The notes: generated from the sequence alone by a model not told the origin. Positions 32,151-44,099 are shown, numbered from the stretch's first letter. The stretch is 64,000 bases of DNA from an uncultured Flavobacteriaceae bacterium (GCA_963795025.1 CAWCGN010000010.1:67990-131989), one strand, 5' to 3'. Translations and numbers: made by a program.

Positions 32151-32911
32151 ATGGGACAAAAGACAAATCCAATTGGAAATAGACTTGGTATCATCAGAGG
32201 ATGGGACTCAAACTGGTATGGTGGAAATGATTACGGTGATAAACTTGCCGAAGATCACAAAATCAGAAAGTATATCCATGCTCGTTTATCAAAAGCTAGT
32301 GTATCTAAAGTAATCATCGAGAGAACTTTGAAACTTGTAACCGTTACTATCACTACTGCTAGACCTGGTATCATTATCGGAAAAGGTGGACAAGAGGTAG
32401 ACAAGTTGAAAGAGGAACTTAAGAAAGTTACTGACAAAGAGGTTCAAATCAACATCTTTGAAATTAAAAGACCTGAATTAGATGCTTATCTTGTGGCGAC
32501 AAGCATCGCTCGTCAAATCGAAAGCCGTATTTCTTACAGACGTGCAATCAAAATGGCTATTGCTGCTTCTATGCGTATGAACGCTGAAGGTATCAAAGTT
32601 TTGATTTCTGGTCGTTTGAATGGTGCTGAGATGGCGCGTTCAGAAGGTTTCAAAGAAGGTAGAATTCCTCTATCAACTTTCAGAGCTGACATTGATTATG
32701 CTTTGGCTGAAGCTCACACTACTTATGGTAGAATGGGTATCAAAGTATGGATCATGAAAGGTGAAGTTTACGGTAAGAGAGATCTTTCTCCACTTGCAGG
32801 AATGGACAAAAAACAATCTGGTACAGGTGGTGGTAAAGGTGGAGATGCTCCGAGAGGAGATCGAAAGCCTTTAACAAAGGTGGTAAACCAGACGCTCGTA
32901 AAAGAAAGTAA
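32151..32911 (+). CDS. rpsC: 30S ribosomal protein S3; probable indel in the tail near 32870
   Basis: [32 protein letters not shown]; tail [13 protein letters not shown]-stop in the alternate frame. Confidence 0.97.
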
Positions 32912-32930
32912 ATTTTTAAACTAAAGAAAA

Positions 32931-33356
32931 ATGTTACAGCCTAAAAGAACAAAATACCGTAAGGTACAAAAAGGTAAAATGAAAGGTAACTCTCAAAGAG
33001 GGCATGAACTTTCTAATGGAATGTTTGGTATTAAATCTGTACATGAAGATGGAATGTTCTTAACTTCTCGTCAAATCGAAGCTGCGCGTATCGCTGCAAC
33101 TCGTTACATGAAGAGAGAAGGACAATTATGGATTAAAATATTTCCAGACAAACCTATTACTAAGAAGCCTCTTGAGGTACGTATGGGTAAAGGTAAAGGT
33201 GCAGTTGAATATTGGGCTGCTGTTGTTAAACCAGGAAGAATTATGTTTGAAGTTGGAGGAGTTCCGTTGTCAGTTGCAAAAGAGGCTTTACGTCTTGCAG
33301 CTCAAAAACTTCCAGTAAAAACTAAATTCGTCGTTGCTAGAGATTTCGAAGCATAA
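32931..33356 (+). CDS. rplP: 50S ribosomal protein L16
   Basis: [18 protein letters not shown]. Confidence 0.99.
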   Translation: MLQPKRTKYRKVQKGKMKGNSQRGHELSNGMFGIKSVHEDGMFLTSRQIEAARIAATRYMKREGQLWIKIFPDKPITKKPLEVRMGKGKGAVEYWAAVVKPGRIMFEVGGVPLSVAKEALRLAAQKLPVKTKFVVARDFEA

Positions 33357-33370
33357 TTTAATATTATATT

Positions 33371-33562
33371 ATGAAACAATCAGAAATAAAAGATCTTTCT
33401 GCAGCGGAGTTGCAAGAAAAACTTAGTCAAACTAAGAAAGTATATGCTGACCTAAAAATGGCTCACGCTATTTCTCCAATTGAGAACCCACTTCAAATTA
33501 GAAGCGTAAGAAGAACAGTTGCAAGATTGGCTACAGAGTTAACTAAAAGAGAGTTACAATAA
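33371..33562 (+). CDS. rpmC: 50S ribosomal protein L29
   Basis: ENPLQIRSVRRTVARLAT; synteny. Confidence 0.97.
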   Translation: MKQSEIKDLSAAELQEKLSQTKKVYADLKMAHAISPIENPLQIRSVRRTVARLATELTKRELQ

Positions 33563-33579
33563 TTGTATTCTGCTGAAAG

Positions 33580-33840
33580 ATGGAAGAAAAAAGAAATTTA
33601 AGAAAAGAAAGAATAGGTGTTGTTACTTCAAATAAAATGGATAAGTCTATTGTTATTGCTGAAGTAAGAAAAGTAAAACACCCGTTATACGGTAAGTTCG
33701 TGTTGAAAACAAAGAAATATGTTGCACACGACGAAACAAACGACTGTAACATTGGAGATACTGTAAGAATTAGCGAAACGCGTCCTTTAAGTAAAACAAA
33801 ATGTTGGAGATTAGTTGAAATCTTAGAAAGAGCTAAATAA
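33580..33840 (+). CDS. rpsQ: 30S ribosomal protein S17
   Basis: [16 protein letters not shown]. Confidence 0.99.
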   Translation: MEEKRNLRKERIGVVTSNKMDKSIVIAEVRKVKHPLYGKFVLKTKKYVAHDETNDCNIGDTVRISETRPLSKTKCWRLVEILERAK

Positions 33841-33842
33841 TT

Positions 33843-34211
33843 ATGGTACAACAGGAATCAAGACTAAAAGTAGCAGATAACACGGGAGCAAAAGAAGTTT
33901 TAACTATCCGTGTTTTAGGAGGTACCAAAAGAAGGTATGCCTCTGTTGGTGACAAGATTGTAGTATCTATTAAAGATGCAACTCCTAACGGTAACGTTAA
34001 AAAAGGAGCTGTTTCAACTGCAGTTGTTGTACGTACCAAAAAAGAAGTGAGAAGAGCTGATGGTTCTTATATCCGTTTCGATGACAATGCATGTGTTCTT
34101 TTGAACGCTGCAGGGGAAATGAGAGGAACTCGTGTTTTTGGTCCGGTAGCAAGAGAACTTCGTGAAAAACAATTCATGAAAATTGTATCATTAGCACCAG
34201 AAGTGCTTTAA
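33843..34211 (+). CDS. rplN: 50S ribosomal protein L14
   Basis: [21 protein letters not shown]. Confidence 0.99.
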
Positions 34212-34222
34212 TTCGTTTTAAG

Positions 34223-34537
34223 ATGATAAAGCTAAAAATAAAATCAGGAGATATCGTAAGAGTTATTGCTGGAGACCATAAAGGTGCTGAAGGTAAAGTT
34301 TTACGTGTTTACCGTGAGAAAAATAAAGCGATAGTTGAAGGTGTAAACATGGTTTCGAAACATACAAAACCAAGTGCTAAAAACCCTCAAGGTGGTATCG
34401 TTAAGAAAGAAGCTTCTATACAAATTTCTAACATTTCTCTAATTGATCCTAAAACTAAGGAAACAACTAGAGTTGGTATTAGAGTAGAAGGAGATAAGAA
34501 AGTAAGATTTTCAAAAAAATCTAATCAAGTACTATAG
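34223..34537 (+). CDS. rplX: 50S ribosomal protein L24
   Basis: KOW motif [18 protein letters not shown]. Confidence 0.98.
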   Translation: MIKLKIKSGDIVRVIAGDHKGAEGKVLRVYREKNKAIVEGVNMVSKHTKPSAKNPQGGIVKKEASIQISNISLIDPKTKETTRVGIRVEGDKKVRFSKKSNQVL

Positions 34538-34539
34538 TA

Positions 34540-35091
34540 ATGGCATATACACCTAGACTAAAAGAAGAATATAAGAGTAGAGTAATCTCTGCTCTTAAAG
34601 AGGAATTCGGATATACAAACGTAATGCAAGTTCCAAAACTTGAAAAAATCGTTTTGAGCCGTGGAGTTGGTGCAGCTGTATCTGATAAAAAACTTATTGA
34701 CTATGCAGTTGATGAGTTAACAAAGATCACTGGACAAAAAGCAGTATCTACAATTTCAAAGAAAGACGTTGCGTCTTTCAAATTGAGAAAAGGAATGCCT
34801 ATTGGAGCAAAAGTTACTTTACGTGGTGAAAGAATGTATGAGTTTTTAGATAGACTTATTACTTCTGCTTTGCCACGCGTTAGAGATTTTAGTGGTATTA
34901 AAGCTACTGGTTTCGACGGAAGAGGTAACTACAATCTTGGAGTTTTGGAGCAAATCATTTTCCCGGAAATTGATATTGATAAAGTAAACAAAATTTCAGG
35001 AATGGATATTACATTTGTTACTACTGCAAAAACAGACAAGGAAGCAAAGTCATTATTGGCTGAATTAGGATTACCTTTTAAAAAGAATTAA
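34540..35091 (+). CDS. rplE: 50S ribosomal protein L5
   Basis: [20 protein letters not shown]. Confidence 0.99.
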   Translation: MAYTPRLKEEYKSRVISALKEEFGYTNVMQVPKLEKIVLSRGVGAAVSDKKLIDYAVDELTKITGQKAVSTISKKDVASFKLRKGMPIGAKVTLRGERMYEFLDRLITSALPRVRDFSGIKATGFDGRGNYNLGVLEQIIFPEIDIDKVNKISGMDITFVTTAKTDKEAKSLLAELGLPFKKN

Positions 35092-35094
35092 GAC

Positions 35095-35364
35095 ATGGCT
35101 AAAGAATCAATGAAAGCCCGTGAGGTTAAAAGAGAGAAAACGGTAGCAAAGTATGCTGAAAAAAGAAAAGCTTTGTTAGAAGCTGGAGATTATGAAGGCT
35201 TACAAAAATTACCTAAAAATGCTTCACCAGTTCGTTTACACAATCGTTGTAAATTAACAGGTAGACCAAGAGGTTATATCCGTCAATTCGGTATTTCACG
35301 TGTAACTTTCCGTGAAATGGCTAATAATGGATTAATTCCTGGAGTTAAAAAAGCATCTTGGTAA
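35095..35364 (+). CDS. rpsN: 30S ribosomal protein S14 (89-aa, zinc-free C- form)
   Basis: [14 protein letters not shown]...KKASW; lacks the CxxC pairs. Confidence 0.98.
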   Translation: MAKESMKAREVKREKTVAKYAEKRKALLEAGDYEGLQKLPKNASPVRLHNRCKLTGRPRGYIRQFGISRVTFREMANNGLIPGVKKASW

Positions 35365-35388
35365 TCTCGCAATAAGTTATTACTTTTG
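35358..35388 (+). promoter_or_regulatory. Internal promoter upstream of rpsH
   Basis: TTG (35358-35360), 20-nt spacer, TACTTTTG (35381-35388). Confidence 0.6.
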
Positions 35389-35469
35389 CAAACCAAAAAA
35401 TAATTTTAATTGATTAAAGGTTCAGGAAGCATAGTGCTTCCTGAAAACCGTAATCGCAATCAAATACAT

Positions 35470-35870
35470 ATGTATACAGATCCTATTGCAGATTATTTGA
35501 CTAGAGTTCGTAACGCTGTGGCTGCAAACCACAAAGTTGTTGAAATTCCAGCTTCTAATCTAAAAAAAGAAATAACTAAGATCTTATTTGATCAAGGTTA
35601 TATCTTAAGTTACAAATTTGAGGACGAACACTGTTCAGGGTTCAATCAAAATCGCTTTGAAGTATGATAAAGATACTAAAGAGCCTGTAATTAAAGATAT
35701 CCAAAGAATTAGTAAACCTGGTTTACGTAAGTATGCAGGTGCTGCCAAATTACCTAGAATCCTTAACGGATTAGGAATTGCTATTGTTTCTACATCAAAA
35801 GGTCTTGATGACTGGAAAACAAGCTAAGCAATTAAATGTAGGTGGTGAAGTAATTTGTTACGTATACTAA
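35470..35870 (+). CDS. rpsH: 30S ribosomal protein S8; two +1 indels
   Basis: [42 protein letters not shown]-stop; span is 3n+2. Confidence 0.96.
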
Positions 35871-35889
35871 TTTTAAACGACTAGATAAG

Positions 35890-36432
35890 ATGTCAAGAAT
35901 AGGTAAAAGCCCAATTGTAATCCCTGCTGGCGTAACTGTTGAAGTTAAAGACGGTATTATTACAGTAAAAGGAAAAAAAGGTCAACTAACTCAGGAGTTT
36001 TCGGACGTAACTGTAACAGTTGAAGGCGATCAGGTTCAAGTTGAAAGATCGTCTGATCATAAAGACCATAGAGCAAAACACGGATTATACAGATCACTAA
36101 TCAATAACATGATCATTGGTGTAAATGAAGGTTTTACTAAAGAACTAGAATTAGTTGGAGTTGGTTATAGAGCTTCAAACCAAGGTCAAAAATTAGATTT
36201 AGCACTTGGATATTCTCACAATATTGTTTTAGAAATTGCTCCAGAAGTAGCTTTAGAAACAATATCTGAAAAAGGTAAGAACCCTATCGTAAAATTAACA
36301 TCATTTGATAAACAACTTTTAGGCCAGGTTGCTGCGAAAATCAGAGGTTTCCGTAAGCCAGAGCCATACAAAGGTAAAGGTGTTAAATTTGTGGGTGAAG
36401 TATTAAGAAGAAAAGCAGGTAAATCAGCTTAA
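35890..36432 (+). CDS. rplF: 50S ribosomal protein L6
   Basis: [20 protein letters not shown]. Confidence 0.99.
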   Translation: MSRIGKSPIVIPAGVTVEVKDGIITVKGKKGQLTQEFSDVTVTVEGDQVQVERSSDHKDHRAKHGLYRSLINNMIIGVNEGFTKELELVGVGYRASNQGQKLDLALGYSHNIVLEIAPEVALETISEKGKNPIVKLTSFDKQLLGQVAAKIRGFRKPEPYKGKGVKFVGEVLRRKAGKSA

Positions 36433-36443
36433 AAAATAAGATT

Positions 36444-36794
36444 ATGTCATTAACAAAATCTGAAAGAAGACAGAGAATTAAATTCAGAATTAGAAAAACG
36501 ATTAGTGGTACTGCTGCTAAGCCAAGACTATCTGTATTTAGAAGTAATAAAGAAATTTACGCTCAAATCATTGATGATGTAAATGGAGTTACTATATTAG
36601 CTGCATCTTCAAGAGAAAAAGAAATAGGAAAAGGTACTAACGTTGAAATCGCTGCTGCTGTTGGAAAACTAGTTGCGGAGAAAGCGTTAAAAGCTGGGAT
36701 TGATACCATCACTTTTGATAGAGGTGGATATTTATATCACGGTCGTATTAAATCATTAGCAGAAGGCGCAAGAGCGGCTGGACTTAAATTCTAA
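36444..36794 (+). CDS. rplR: 50S ribosomal protein L18
   Basis: [21 protein letters not shown]. Confidence 0.99.
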   Translation: MSLTKSERRQRIKFRIRKTISGTAAKPRLSVFRSNKEIYAQIIDDVNGVTILAASSREKEIGKGTNVEIAAAVGKLVAEKALKAGIDTITFDRGGYLYHGRIKSLAEGARAAGLKF

Positions 36795-36800
36795 TATATT

Positions 36801-37322
36801 ATGTCTAAATACAAAAATGTAGAATTGGTAAAACCAAGTGGTCTTGAACTTAAAGATCGTCTGGTAAGTGTTAATCGTGTTACTAAAGTTACAAAAGGGG
36901 GTAGAGCTTTCGGTTTTTCTGCTATTGTAGTTGTAGGTGATGAAAATGGAGTTGTTGGTCACGGATTAGGAAAATCTAAAGACGTTTCTGAAGCAATTGC
37001 GAAAGCAGTAGAAGATGCTAAGAAAAATTTAGTAAAAATTCCTTTGAATGGACAATCAGTTCCTCACGAACAAAAAGGTAAATTTGGTGGTGCACGTGTA
37101 TTCTTAATTCCTGCTTCTCATGGTACAGGAGTTATTGCTGGTGGAGCTGTTCGTTCAGTTCTTGAATCAGTTGGTATTCACGATGTATTATCTAAATCTC
37201 AAGGATCATCAAATCCTCATAACGTAGTGAAAGCAACTTTTGATGCTTTATTACAAATGAGAAGCGCTCATACTGTTGCAAAACAAAGAGGTGTTTCTTT
37301 AGAAAAAGTTTTTAAAGGTTAA
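36801..37322 (+). CDS. rpsE: 30S ribosomal protein S5
   Basis: [18 protein letters not shown]. Confidence 0.99.
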   Translation: MSKYKNVELVKPSGLELKDRLVSVNRVTKVTKGGRAFGFSAIVVVGDENGVVGHGLGKSKDVSEAIAKAVEDAKKNLVKIPLNGQSVPHEQKGKFGGARVFLIPASHGTGVIAGGAVRSVLESVGIHDVLSKSQGSSNPHNVVKATFDALLQMRSAHTVAKQRGVSLEKVFKG

Positions 37323-37334
37323 TTCAAGGAAATT

Positions 37335-37517
37335 ATGGCTAAATTATTAGTAAAACAAGTAAGAAGCAAAATCAACTGTCCTCTTTCTCAAAAGAGAGGT
37401 TTGGAAGCTTTAGGTCTACGTAAAATGGGACAAGTTGTAGAGCATGATTCAAACCCTGCTATCCTTGGGATGATAAACAAAGTTAAACACTTAGTTTCTG
37501 TTGAAGAAGCTAAATAA
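37335..37517 (+). CDS. rpmD: 50S ribosomal protein L30
   Basis: [18 protein letters not shown]. Confidence 0.97.
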   Translation: MAKLLVKQVRSKINCPLSQKRGLEALGLRKMGQVVEHDSNPAILGMINKVKHLVSVEEAK

Positions 37518-37528
37518 CAAATACTGTT

Positions 37529-37981
37529 ATGAATTTAAGTAACTTACAACCAGCTGAAGGATCAACGCACAATCAAAATAAAAGATTAGGTAGAGGAGAA
37601 GGTTCTGGAAAAGGTGGCACTGCTGCAAGAGGTCACAAAGGAGCAAAATCTCGTTCTGGTTATTCTAAAAAGATTGGTTTTGAAGGAGGGCAAATGCCAC
37701 TTCAAAGACGTGTACCTAAGTTTGGTTTCACAAACATCAATCGTAAAGAATACGAAGGTGTTAATTTAGATACGCTTCAATTATTAGTAGACAACGGTGT
37801 GATTACTGATTCTGTTTCTATGGCAGAATTTGTTGCAAACCGTCTAGCTACTAAAAATGAAATCGTTAAGATTTTAGGAAGAGGAGAATTGAAAGCAAAA
37901 TTAAAAGTAACTGCTCACAAATTTACTGCTACTGCAAAAGCTGCTATTGAAGCTGCTGGTGGAGAGGCTGTAACAATATAA
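37529..37981 (+). CDS. rplO: 50S ribosomal protein L15
   Basis: RLGRGEGSG, GFEGGQMPL. Confidence 0.99.
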   Translation: MNLSNLQPAEGSTHNQNKRLGRGEGSGKGGTAARGHKGAKSRSGYSKKIGFEGGQMPLQRRVPKFGFTNINRKEYEGVNLDTLQLLVDNGVITDSVSMAEFVANRLATKNEIVKILGRGELKAKLKVTAHKFTATAKAAIEAAGGEAVTI

Positions 37982-37993
37982 TTTTTCTATTGT

Positions 37994-39340
37994 ATGAAGA
38001 AATTTATTGAATCAATTAGCAATGTTTGGAAAATCGAAGAACTAAAAAATAGAATTCTAATTACTTTAGGATTACTTTTAGTATATCGTTTTGGAGCACA
38101 CGTTACGCTTCCTGGAATTGACGCAACTCAATTGATGGGGTTAGCAGGACAAACTAAAAATGGTTTAGGATCTATCCTAGACATGTTTACCGGAGGTGCG
38201 TTTTCTAAAGCTTCAGTTTTTGCTTTAGGAATTATGCCTTATATTTCTGCATCTATTGTTGTTCAGTTAATGGGAATTGCGATTCCTTATTTGCAAAAAC
38301 TTCAAAATGATGGAGAGAGTGGTAGAAAAAAGATTAATCAAATTACACGTTGGTTAACTATTGCTATTACATTGGTTCAAGGTCCAACTTATATCTATAA
38401 TTTATACAGAACATTGCCTGGTAGTGCTTTTCTACTAGGCTTTAATTCACCTGAATTTTTATTCTCGTCAGTGATTATTTTAGTTACAGGTACTATTTTT
38501 GCTATGTGGCTTGGAGAAAAAATTACTGATAAAGGTATTGGAAATGGAATTTCATTATTGATTATGGTTGGTATTTTAGCTCGATTACCACAAGCTTTTA
38601 TGCAAGAATTTAAGTCTGTAGTTACAAATAACAATGGAGGCTTGATGTTAATGGCCATTGAAATTATTGTATGGTTATTAGTAATTATTTCTTGTGTATT
38701 GCTTACAATGGCAGTGCGTAGAATTCCGGTTCAGTACGCTCGTCGTACTACTACTGGAGACTATGAGCAAGATTTGGCAGGTGGTAATAGACAATGGATT
38801 CCTCTGAAGCTTAATGCTTCTGGAGTTATGCCAATCATTTTTGCTCAGGCAATTATGTTTATACCTGCAGCTGTAGCTGGATTATCTAAATCAGATACAT
38901 CACAATCTATTGTTGGAGCATTTAGTAATATGTTCGGTTTTTGGTATAATTTTGTATTTGCAACTTTAATTATTGTATTTACATTCTTCTATACCGCAAT
39001 TACCGTTCCTACGAACAAAATGGCTGATGATTTAAAAAGAAGTGGTGGTTTTATTCCTGGCGTTCGTCCGGGAGCTGAAACTTCAGACTTCCTAGATAAA
39101 GTGATGTCTTTAATAACTTTCCCAGGATCTTTATTCCTTGCTTTGATTGCTGTGTTCCCAGCCATTGTTGTAAGTATTATGGATGTACAACAATCTTGGG
39201 CGATGTTTTTTGGAGGTACCTCATTAATAATTATGGTTGGGGTTGCAATAGATACTATTCAGCAAATCAATTCATACTTGTTAAATAAACATTATGATGG
39301 TTTAATGAAGACTGGTAAAAATAGAAAAGCGGTAGCTTAA
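37994..39340 (+). CDS. secY: Preprotein translocase SecY
   Basis: [39 protein letters not shown]. Confidence 0.99.
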   Translation: MKKFIESISNVWKIEELKNRILITLGLLLVYRFGAHVTLPGIDATQLMGLAGQTKNGLGSILDMFTGGAFSKASVFALGIMPYISASIVVQLMGIAIPYLQKLQNDGESGRKKINQITRWLTIAITLVQGPTYIYNLYRTLPGSAFLLGFNSPEFLFSSVIILVTGTIFAMWLGEKITDKGIGNGISLLIMVGILARLPQAFMQEFKSVVTNNNGGLMLMAIEIIVWLLVIISCVLLTMAVRRIPVQYARRTTTGDYEQDLAGGNRQWIPLKLNASGVMPIIFAQAIMFIPAAVAGLSKSDTSQSIVGAFSNMFGFWYNFVFATLIIVFTFFYTAITVPTNKMADDLKRSGGFIPGVRPGAETSDFLDKVMSLITFPGSLFLALIAVFPAIVVSIMDVQQSWAMFFGGTSLIIMVGVAIDTIQQINSYLLNKHYDGLMKTGKNRKAVA

Positions 39341-39347
39341 TATATTT

Positions 39348-39563
39348 ATGGCAAAACAATCAGCAATAGAACAAGACGGATCAATCATTGAAGCATTGTC
39401 AAATGCGATGTTCCGTGTGGAGTTAGAAAATGGACATATTGTAATTGCTCATATTTCTGGTAAGATGCGAATGCATTACATCAAATTATTACCTGGTGAT
39501 AAAGTGAAACTAGAAATGAGTCCTTATGATTTGTCAAAAGCAAGAATTACTTATCGATATTAA
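39348..39563 (+). CDS. infA: Translation initiation factor IF-1
   Basis: [17 protein letters not shown]. Confidence 0.99.
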   Translation: MAKQSAIEQDGSIIEALSNAMFRVELENGHIVIAHISGKMRMHYIKLLPGDKVKLEMSPYDLSKARITYRY

Positions 39564-39575
39564 AGGATAATTACT

Positions 39576-39692
39576 ATGAAAGTTAGAGCATCAGTAAAAA
39601 AGAGAAGTGCCGAGTGCATTATCGTGCGTAGAAAAGGGAGATTGTACGTAATAAACAAAAAGAATCCTAGATTTAAACAAAGACAAGGATAA
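39576..39692 (+). CDS. rpmJ: 50S ribosomal protein L36, zinc-free (YkgO-like) form; below the ORF-track cutoff
   Basis: [38 protein letters not shown]-stop. Confidence 0.96.
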
Positions 39693-39694
39693 TT

Positions 39695-40069
39695 ATGGCA
39701 AGAATAGCAGGGGTAGATATCCCAAAAAACAAAAGAGGTGTTATCGCACTTACCTATATCTTTGGATTAGGAAAAAGTAGAGCTATTGAGATTTTAGAAA
39801 AAGCTCAAGTTAGCCAAGATAAAAAAGTTCAAGATTGGAATGATGACGAGATCGGAGCGATTCGTGATGCAGTTTCATTTTACAAAATTGAAGGAGAATT
39901 ACGTTCTGAAGTTTCTTTAAACATCAAACGTTTAATGGATATTGGTTGTTACAGAGGTATCCGTCATAGATCTGGTCTTCCGTTAAGAGGACAAAGAACT
40001 AAAAACAACTCTAGAACAAGAAAAGGTAAAAGAAAAACTGTTGCTAACAAGAAAAAAGCAACTAAATAA
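39695..40069 (+). CDS. rpsM: 30S ribosomal protein S13
   Basis: [24 protein letters not shown]. Confidence 0.99.
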   Translation: MARIAGVDIPKNKRGVIALTYIFGLGKSRAIEILEKAQVSQDKKVQDWNDDEIGAIRDAVSFYKIEGELRSEVSLNIKRLMDIGCYRGIRHRSGLPLRGQRTKNNSRTRKGKRKTVANKKKATK

Positions 40070-40077
40070 TAAGTAAT

Positions 40078-40461
40078 ATGGCTAAAGCAACTGCAAAAAA
40101 ACGTAAAGTTATCGTTGAATCAACGGGAGAAGCTCATATTTCTGCTACTTTTAACAACATCATCATTTCTTTGACAAACAAGAAAGGTGAAGTTATTTCT
40201 TGGTCTTCAGCTGGTAAAATGGGTTTCAGAGGTTCTAAAAAGAATACTCCGTACGCAGCTCAAATGGCAGCAGAAGATTGCAGTAAAGTAGCTCTTGAGG
40301 CTGGACTTAAAAAAGTGAAAGTTTATGTAAAAGGACCAGGAAACGGACGTGAGTCTGCTATCCGTTCTATTCATAACGGTGGAATTGAAGTTACAGAGAT
40401 TATCGACGTTACTCCAATGCCTCACAACGGATGTCGTCCTCCAAAAAGACGTAGAGTTTAA
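40078..40461 (+). CDS. rpsK: 30S ribosomal protein S11
   Basis: [21 protein letters not shown]. Confidence 0.99.
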   Translation: MAKATAKKRKVIVESTGEAHISATFNNIIISLTNKKGEVISWSSAGKMGFRGSKKNTPYAAQMAAEDCSKVALEAGLKKVKVYVKGPGNGRESAIRSIHNGGIEVTEIIDVTPMPHNGCRPPKRRRV

Positions 40462-40489
40462 TACTCAAAATTTATTTATAGTATAACCT

Positions 40490-40541
40490 AGATAGAATAT
40501 AGATTATCGAAGGATATGACCTGAATTCATAATCTCTATCT
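40490..40541 (+). ncRNA. Candidate S4 ribosomal leader (cf. S4-Flavobacteria r-leader motif)
   Basis: Nested stems agatag/ctatct and agattat/ataatct enclosing gaaggatatgacctgaattc, directly upstream of rpsD. Confidence 0.5.
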
Positions 40542-40559
40542 TAAACTAATTTTTTAGAA

Positions 40560-41165
40560 ATGGCAAGATATACTGGTCCTAAAACAAGAATCGCTCGTAA
40601 ATTTGGCGAAGCAATCTTCGGAGATGATAAATCTTTCGAAAAAAGAAATTACCCACCTGGACAACACGGGATGGCTAAAAAAAGAGGTAAAAAATCTGAG
40701 TACGCTGTTCAGTTAATGGAAAAGCAAAAAGCTAAATATTCTTACGGAATTTTAGAAAAACAATTCAGAAATTTATTCGAAAAAGCATCAGCTACTAAAG
40801 GTGTTACTGGTGAGGTTCTTTTACAATTATGTGAAGCAAGATTGGATAACGTTGTTTTTAGAATGGGTATTGCTCCTTCTAGAAGAGGTGCTCGACAAAT
40901 CGTTTCTCACAGACACATTACTGTAAATGGTGAAGTTGTAAATATTCCTTCTTACCACCTTAAGCCTGGTGATAAAGTTGCAGTTCGTGAAAAATCTAAA
41001 TCTTTAGAAGCTATCGAACGTTCTTTATCAAATTCAAGTCATGTTTATGAATGGATTACTTGGAACAATGATCTTAAAGAAGGAACTTTCGTTTCTGTAC
41101 CTGCAAGACTTCAAATTCCAGAAAACATTAAAGAACAATTAATCGTAGAGTTGTACAACAAATAA
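40560..41165 (+). CDS. rpsD: 30S ribosomal protein S4
   Basis: [23 protein letters not shown]. Confidence 0.99.
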   Translation: MARYTGPKTRIARKFGEAIFGDDKSFEKRNYPPGQHGMAKKRGKKSEYAVQLMEKQKAKYSYGILEKQFRNLFEKASATKGVTGEVLLQLCEARLDNVVFRMGIAPSRRGARQIVSHRHITVNGEVVNIPSYHLKPGDKVAVREKSKSLEAIERSLSNSSHVYEWITWNNDLKEGTFVSVPARLQIPENIKEQLIVELYNK

Positions 41166-41186
41166 TAATTGACTTAGTCGAAATTT

Positions 41187-42180
41187 ATGGCAATATTTAA
41201 TTTTCAAAAGCCCGATAAAGTTATCATGATCGATTCAACCGATTTTGAAGGTAAATTTGAATTTAGACCTTTAGAACCTGGTTACGGATTGACAGTTGGT
41301 AATGCACTTAGAAGAGTTTTGCTTTCAGCATTAGAAGGTTATGCAATTACATCTGTTCGTATCGAAGGTGTAGATCATGAGTTTTCTACTATTTCAGGTG
41401 TTGTTGAAGATGTTACCGAAATTATCCTTAATCTTAAAACAAGTACGTTTCAAACGTCAGATTGAAGATATCGATAATGAAGCAGTTACAATTTCTGTTT
41501 CTGGTAAAGATCAATTGACAGCAGGTGATTTTCAGAAATTTATTTCAGGTTTCCAAGTTTTGAATCCAGACCTTGTTATCTGTAATTTAGATTCTAAAAT
41601 CAAATTGAACTTCGATTTAACAATCGAAAAAGGTAGAGGATATGTTCCTGCTGAAGAGAACAAAAAACAGAATGCTGCAATTGGAACCATTTTTACAGAT
41701 TCTATTTTTACTCCGGTAAAAAATGTAAAATATGCAATTGAAAACTTCCGTGTTGAGCAAAAAACGGATTATGAAAAATTAGTTTTTGAAATTAAAACTG
41801 ATGGATCTATTAATCCAAAAGATGCTCTTACTGAAGCTGCCAAAGTTTTAATTCACCACTTCATGTTGTTTTCTGACGAAAGAATTACACTTGAGGCTGA
41901 CGAAATTGCACAAACAGAATCGTATGATGAAGAGTCATTGCATATGAGACAATTGCTTAAAACTAAGCTTGTTGATATGGATTTATCTGTAAGAGCATTA
42001 AATTGCTTGAAAGCGGCTGAAGTTGATACACTTGGTGATTTAGTATCGTTCAATAAAAATGACCTAATGAAATTCCGTAATTTTGGTAAAAAATCTTTAA
42101 CTGAGCTTGATGAACTTGTTGCAGTGAAAAATTTAACTTTCGGAATGGATTTAGCTAAATACAAATTAGATAAAGAATAA
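41187..42180 (+). CDS. rpoA: RNA polymerase alpha subunit; one +1 indel near 41438
   Basis: [37 protein letters not shown]; span is 3n+1. Confidence 0.97.
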
Positions 42181-42237
42181 TTTACTTCATATCCGCTCTC
42201 CATAGCGGATTGTAGCAAGAAAAATAAAAATAACAGT

Positions 42238-42727
42238 ATGAGACACGGAAAAAAATTCAATCACTTAAGCAGACAGACTGGACATAGAAAAGCTATGTTA
42301 GCTAATATGGCTTGTTCTCTTATCGAGCACAAACGTATTAACACAACTGTTGCTAAAGCTAAAGCGCTTAAACAATTTGTTGAGCCTTTAATCACAAAAT
42401 CAAAAGAAGATACGACTCACAACCGTCGTATTGTTTTTGCTTACTTACGTAGCAAATATGCTGTAACTGATTTGTTCAGAGACGTAGCTGCTAAAGTTGG
42501 TGACCGTCCAGGTGGATACACTCGTATCATTAAAGTTGGAAATCGTTTAGGAGATAATGCTGATATGGCAATGATCGAACTTGTAGATTTCAATGAACTT
42601 TACAATGGGGGTAAAAAAGAAGTTAAAAAAGCAAAAAGCCGTCGTGGTGGTAAAGCTAAAAAAGCTGAAGGATACTCCTGAAGCTCCTGCTGCTGAATCA
42701 GAAGCGACTACTGAAGCTGCTGAATAA
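42238..42727 (+). CDS. rplQ: 50S ribosomal protein L17 with Ala/Glu-rich tail (indel near 42671)
   Basis: [22 protein letters not shown]; tail [17 protein letters not shown]-stop in the shifted frame. Confidence 0.97.
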
Positions 42728-42755
42728 TTATGAAAGTAATGATTCTATAAAAATC

Positions 42756-42791
42756 AAGGATAAGCTAATTTTTAGTTTATCCTTTTTTTTT
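42756..42791 (+). terminator. Terminator ending the ribosomal cluster
   Basis: aaggataagcta...tagtttatcctt followed by a T-tract. Confidence 0.8.
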
Positions 42792-42896
42792 GCATTTTTT
42801 TTAAAGGAATGTGAAATTTAACTTATTTCAACTGCTTCGGTTTTATTTTTATGAATGAATTTTTTAAAAAATCTTGGAAGCACTCTTTTAAAGAAG

Positions 42897-42904
42897 TAAA
42901 TTTG
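42897..42904 (+). promoter_or_regulatory. -7 element for carA
   Basis: TAAATTTG with TTG 20 nt upstream (42874-42876). Confidence 0.6.
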
Positions 42905-42979
42905 CAAAATATCTAATTACAAATGAAGAGGGTTTATCAGTTTCATCGGACGATCTAAAAAAACAATACAAATTTAAGA

Positions 42980-44099
42980 ATGAAATACACAACACGACAA
43001 AGCGCCATTTTATTACTAAGTGATGGAACTATTTTCCACGGGAAGTCTATCGGGATTAGCGGTAAAACTTTTGGTGAAGTTTGTTTTAATACTGGAATGA
43101 CAGGATATCAAGAGATTTTTACAGATCCTTCATATTTTGGGCAAATAATGGTAGCAACAAACGCACACATTGGAAATTATGGTGTTAATGATTTAGAGAT
43201 AGAATCTGATAGTATAAAAATTGCTGGTTTAGTTTGTAAAAACTTCAGTTTTAATTTTTCTCGCGAATTGGCTTCAGGAAGTTTAGAAGATTATTTTGCA
43301 AAACAGAATTTAATCTGTATTTCTGATGTTGATACTCGTGCACTTGTAAGTTATATTCGTGATAACGGCGCTATGAATGCTGTTATCTGTACAGATGGAA
43401 CTTCAATTGAAGATTTAAAGAAAGAATTGGCGAATGTTCCAAACATGGAAGGTTTAGAGTTGGCATCAAAAGTTTCGACTACTGAACCTTATTTTTTTGG
43501 TAGATGAAAATGCGACTTATAAAGTTTCAGCATTAGATCTTGGAATTAAGAAGAATATTTTAAGAAATCTTGCAAAAAGAGATTGCTACATTAAAGTTTT
43601 CCATACAATTCGACATATAAAGATATGTCGGAATTTAATCCGGATGGATATTTCTTGTCAAACGGACCTGGAGATCCAGATCCTTTATTTGGAGCTATCG
43701 AAGTTGCTAAAGAAATATTAGCTGATGATAAGCCATTGTTCGGAATTTGTTTAGGTCACCAGGTTATTGCCTTGGCAAACGGAGTTCAAACTTATAAAAT
43801 GTTCAATGGGCACCGTGGAATTAATCATCCTGTAAAAAATTTAATTACAGGTAAAGGAGAAATCACTTCTCAAAACCATGGTTTTGCTGTTAATAAGGAA
43901 GCAGTTAGATAATCATCCGGATTTAGAAATTACGCATTTGCATTTAAATGATGGAACTGTTGCGGGGATGCGCATGAAAAATAAGAATTGTTTTTCTGTG
44001 CAATATCATCCGGAGGCTAGTCCTGGACCACACGATTCATCTTATTTATTCGATCAATTCGTAGAAAACATTAAAGAAGCTTCTGCTAAAACGATATAG
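42980..44099 (+). CDS. carA: Carbamoyl-phosphate synthase small subunit; several indels
   Basis: [47 protein letters not shown] spread over four ORFs. Confidence 0.95.
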
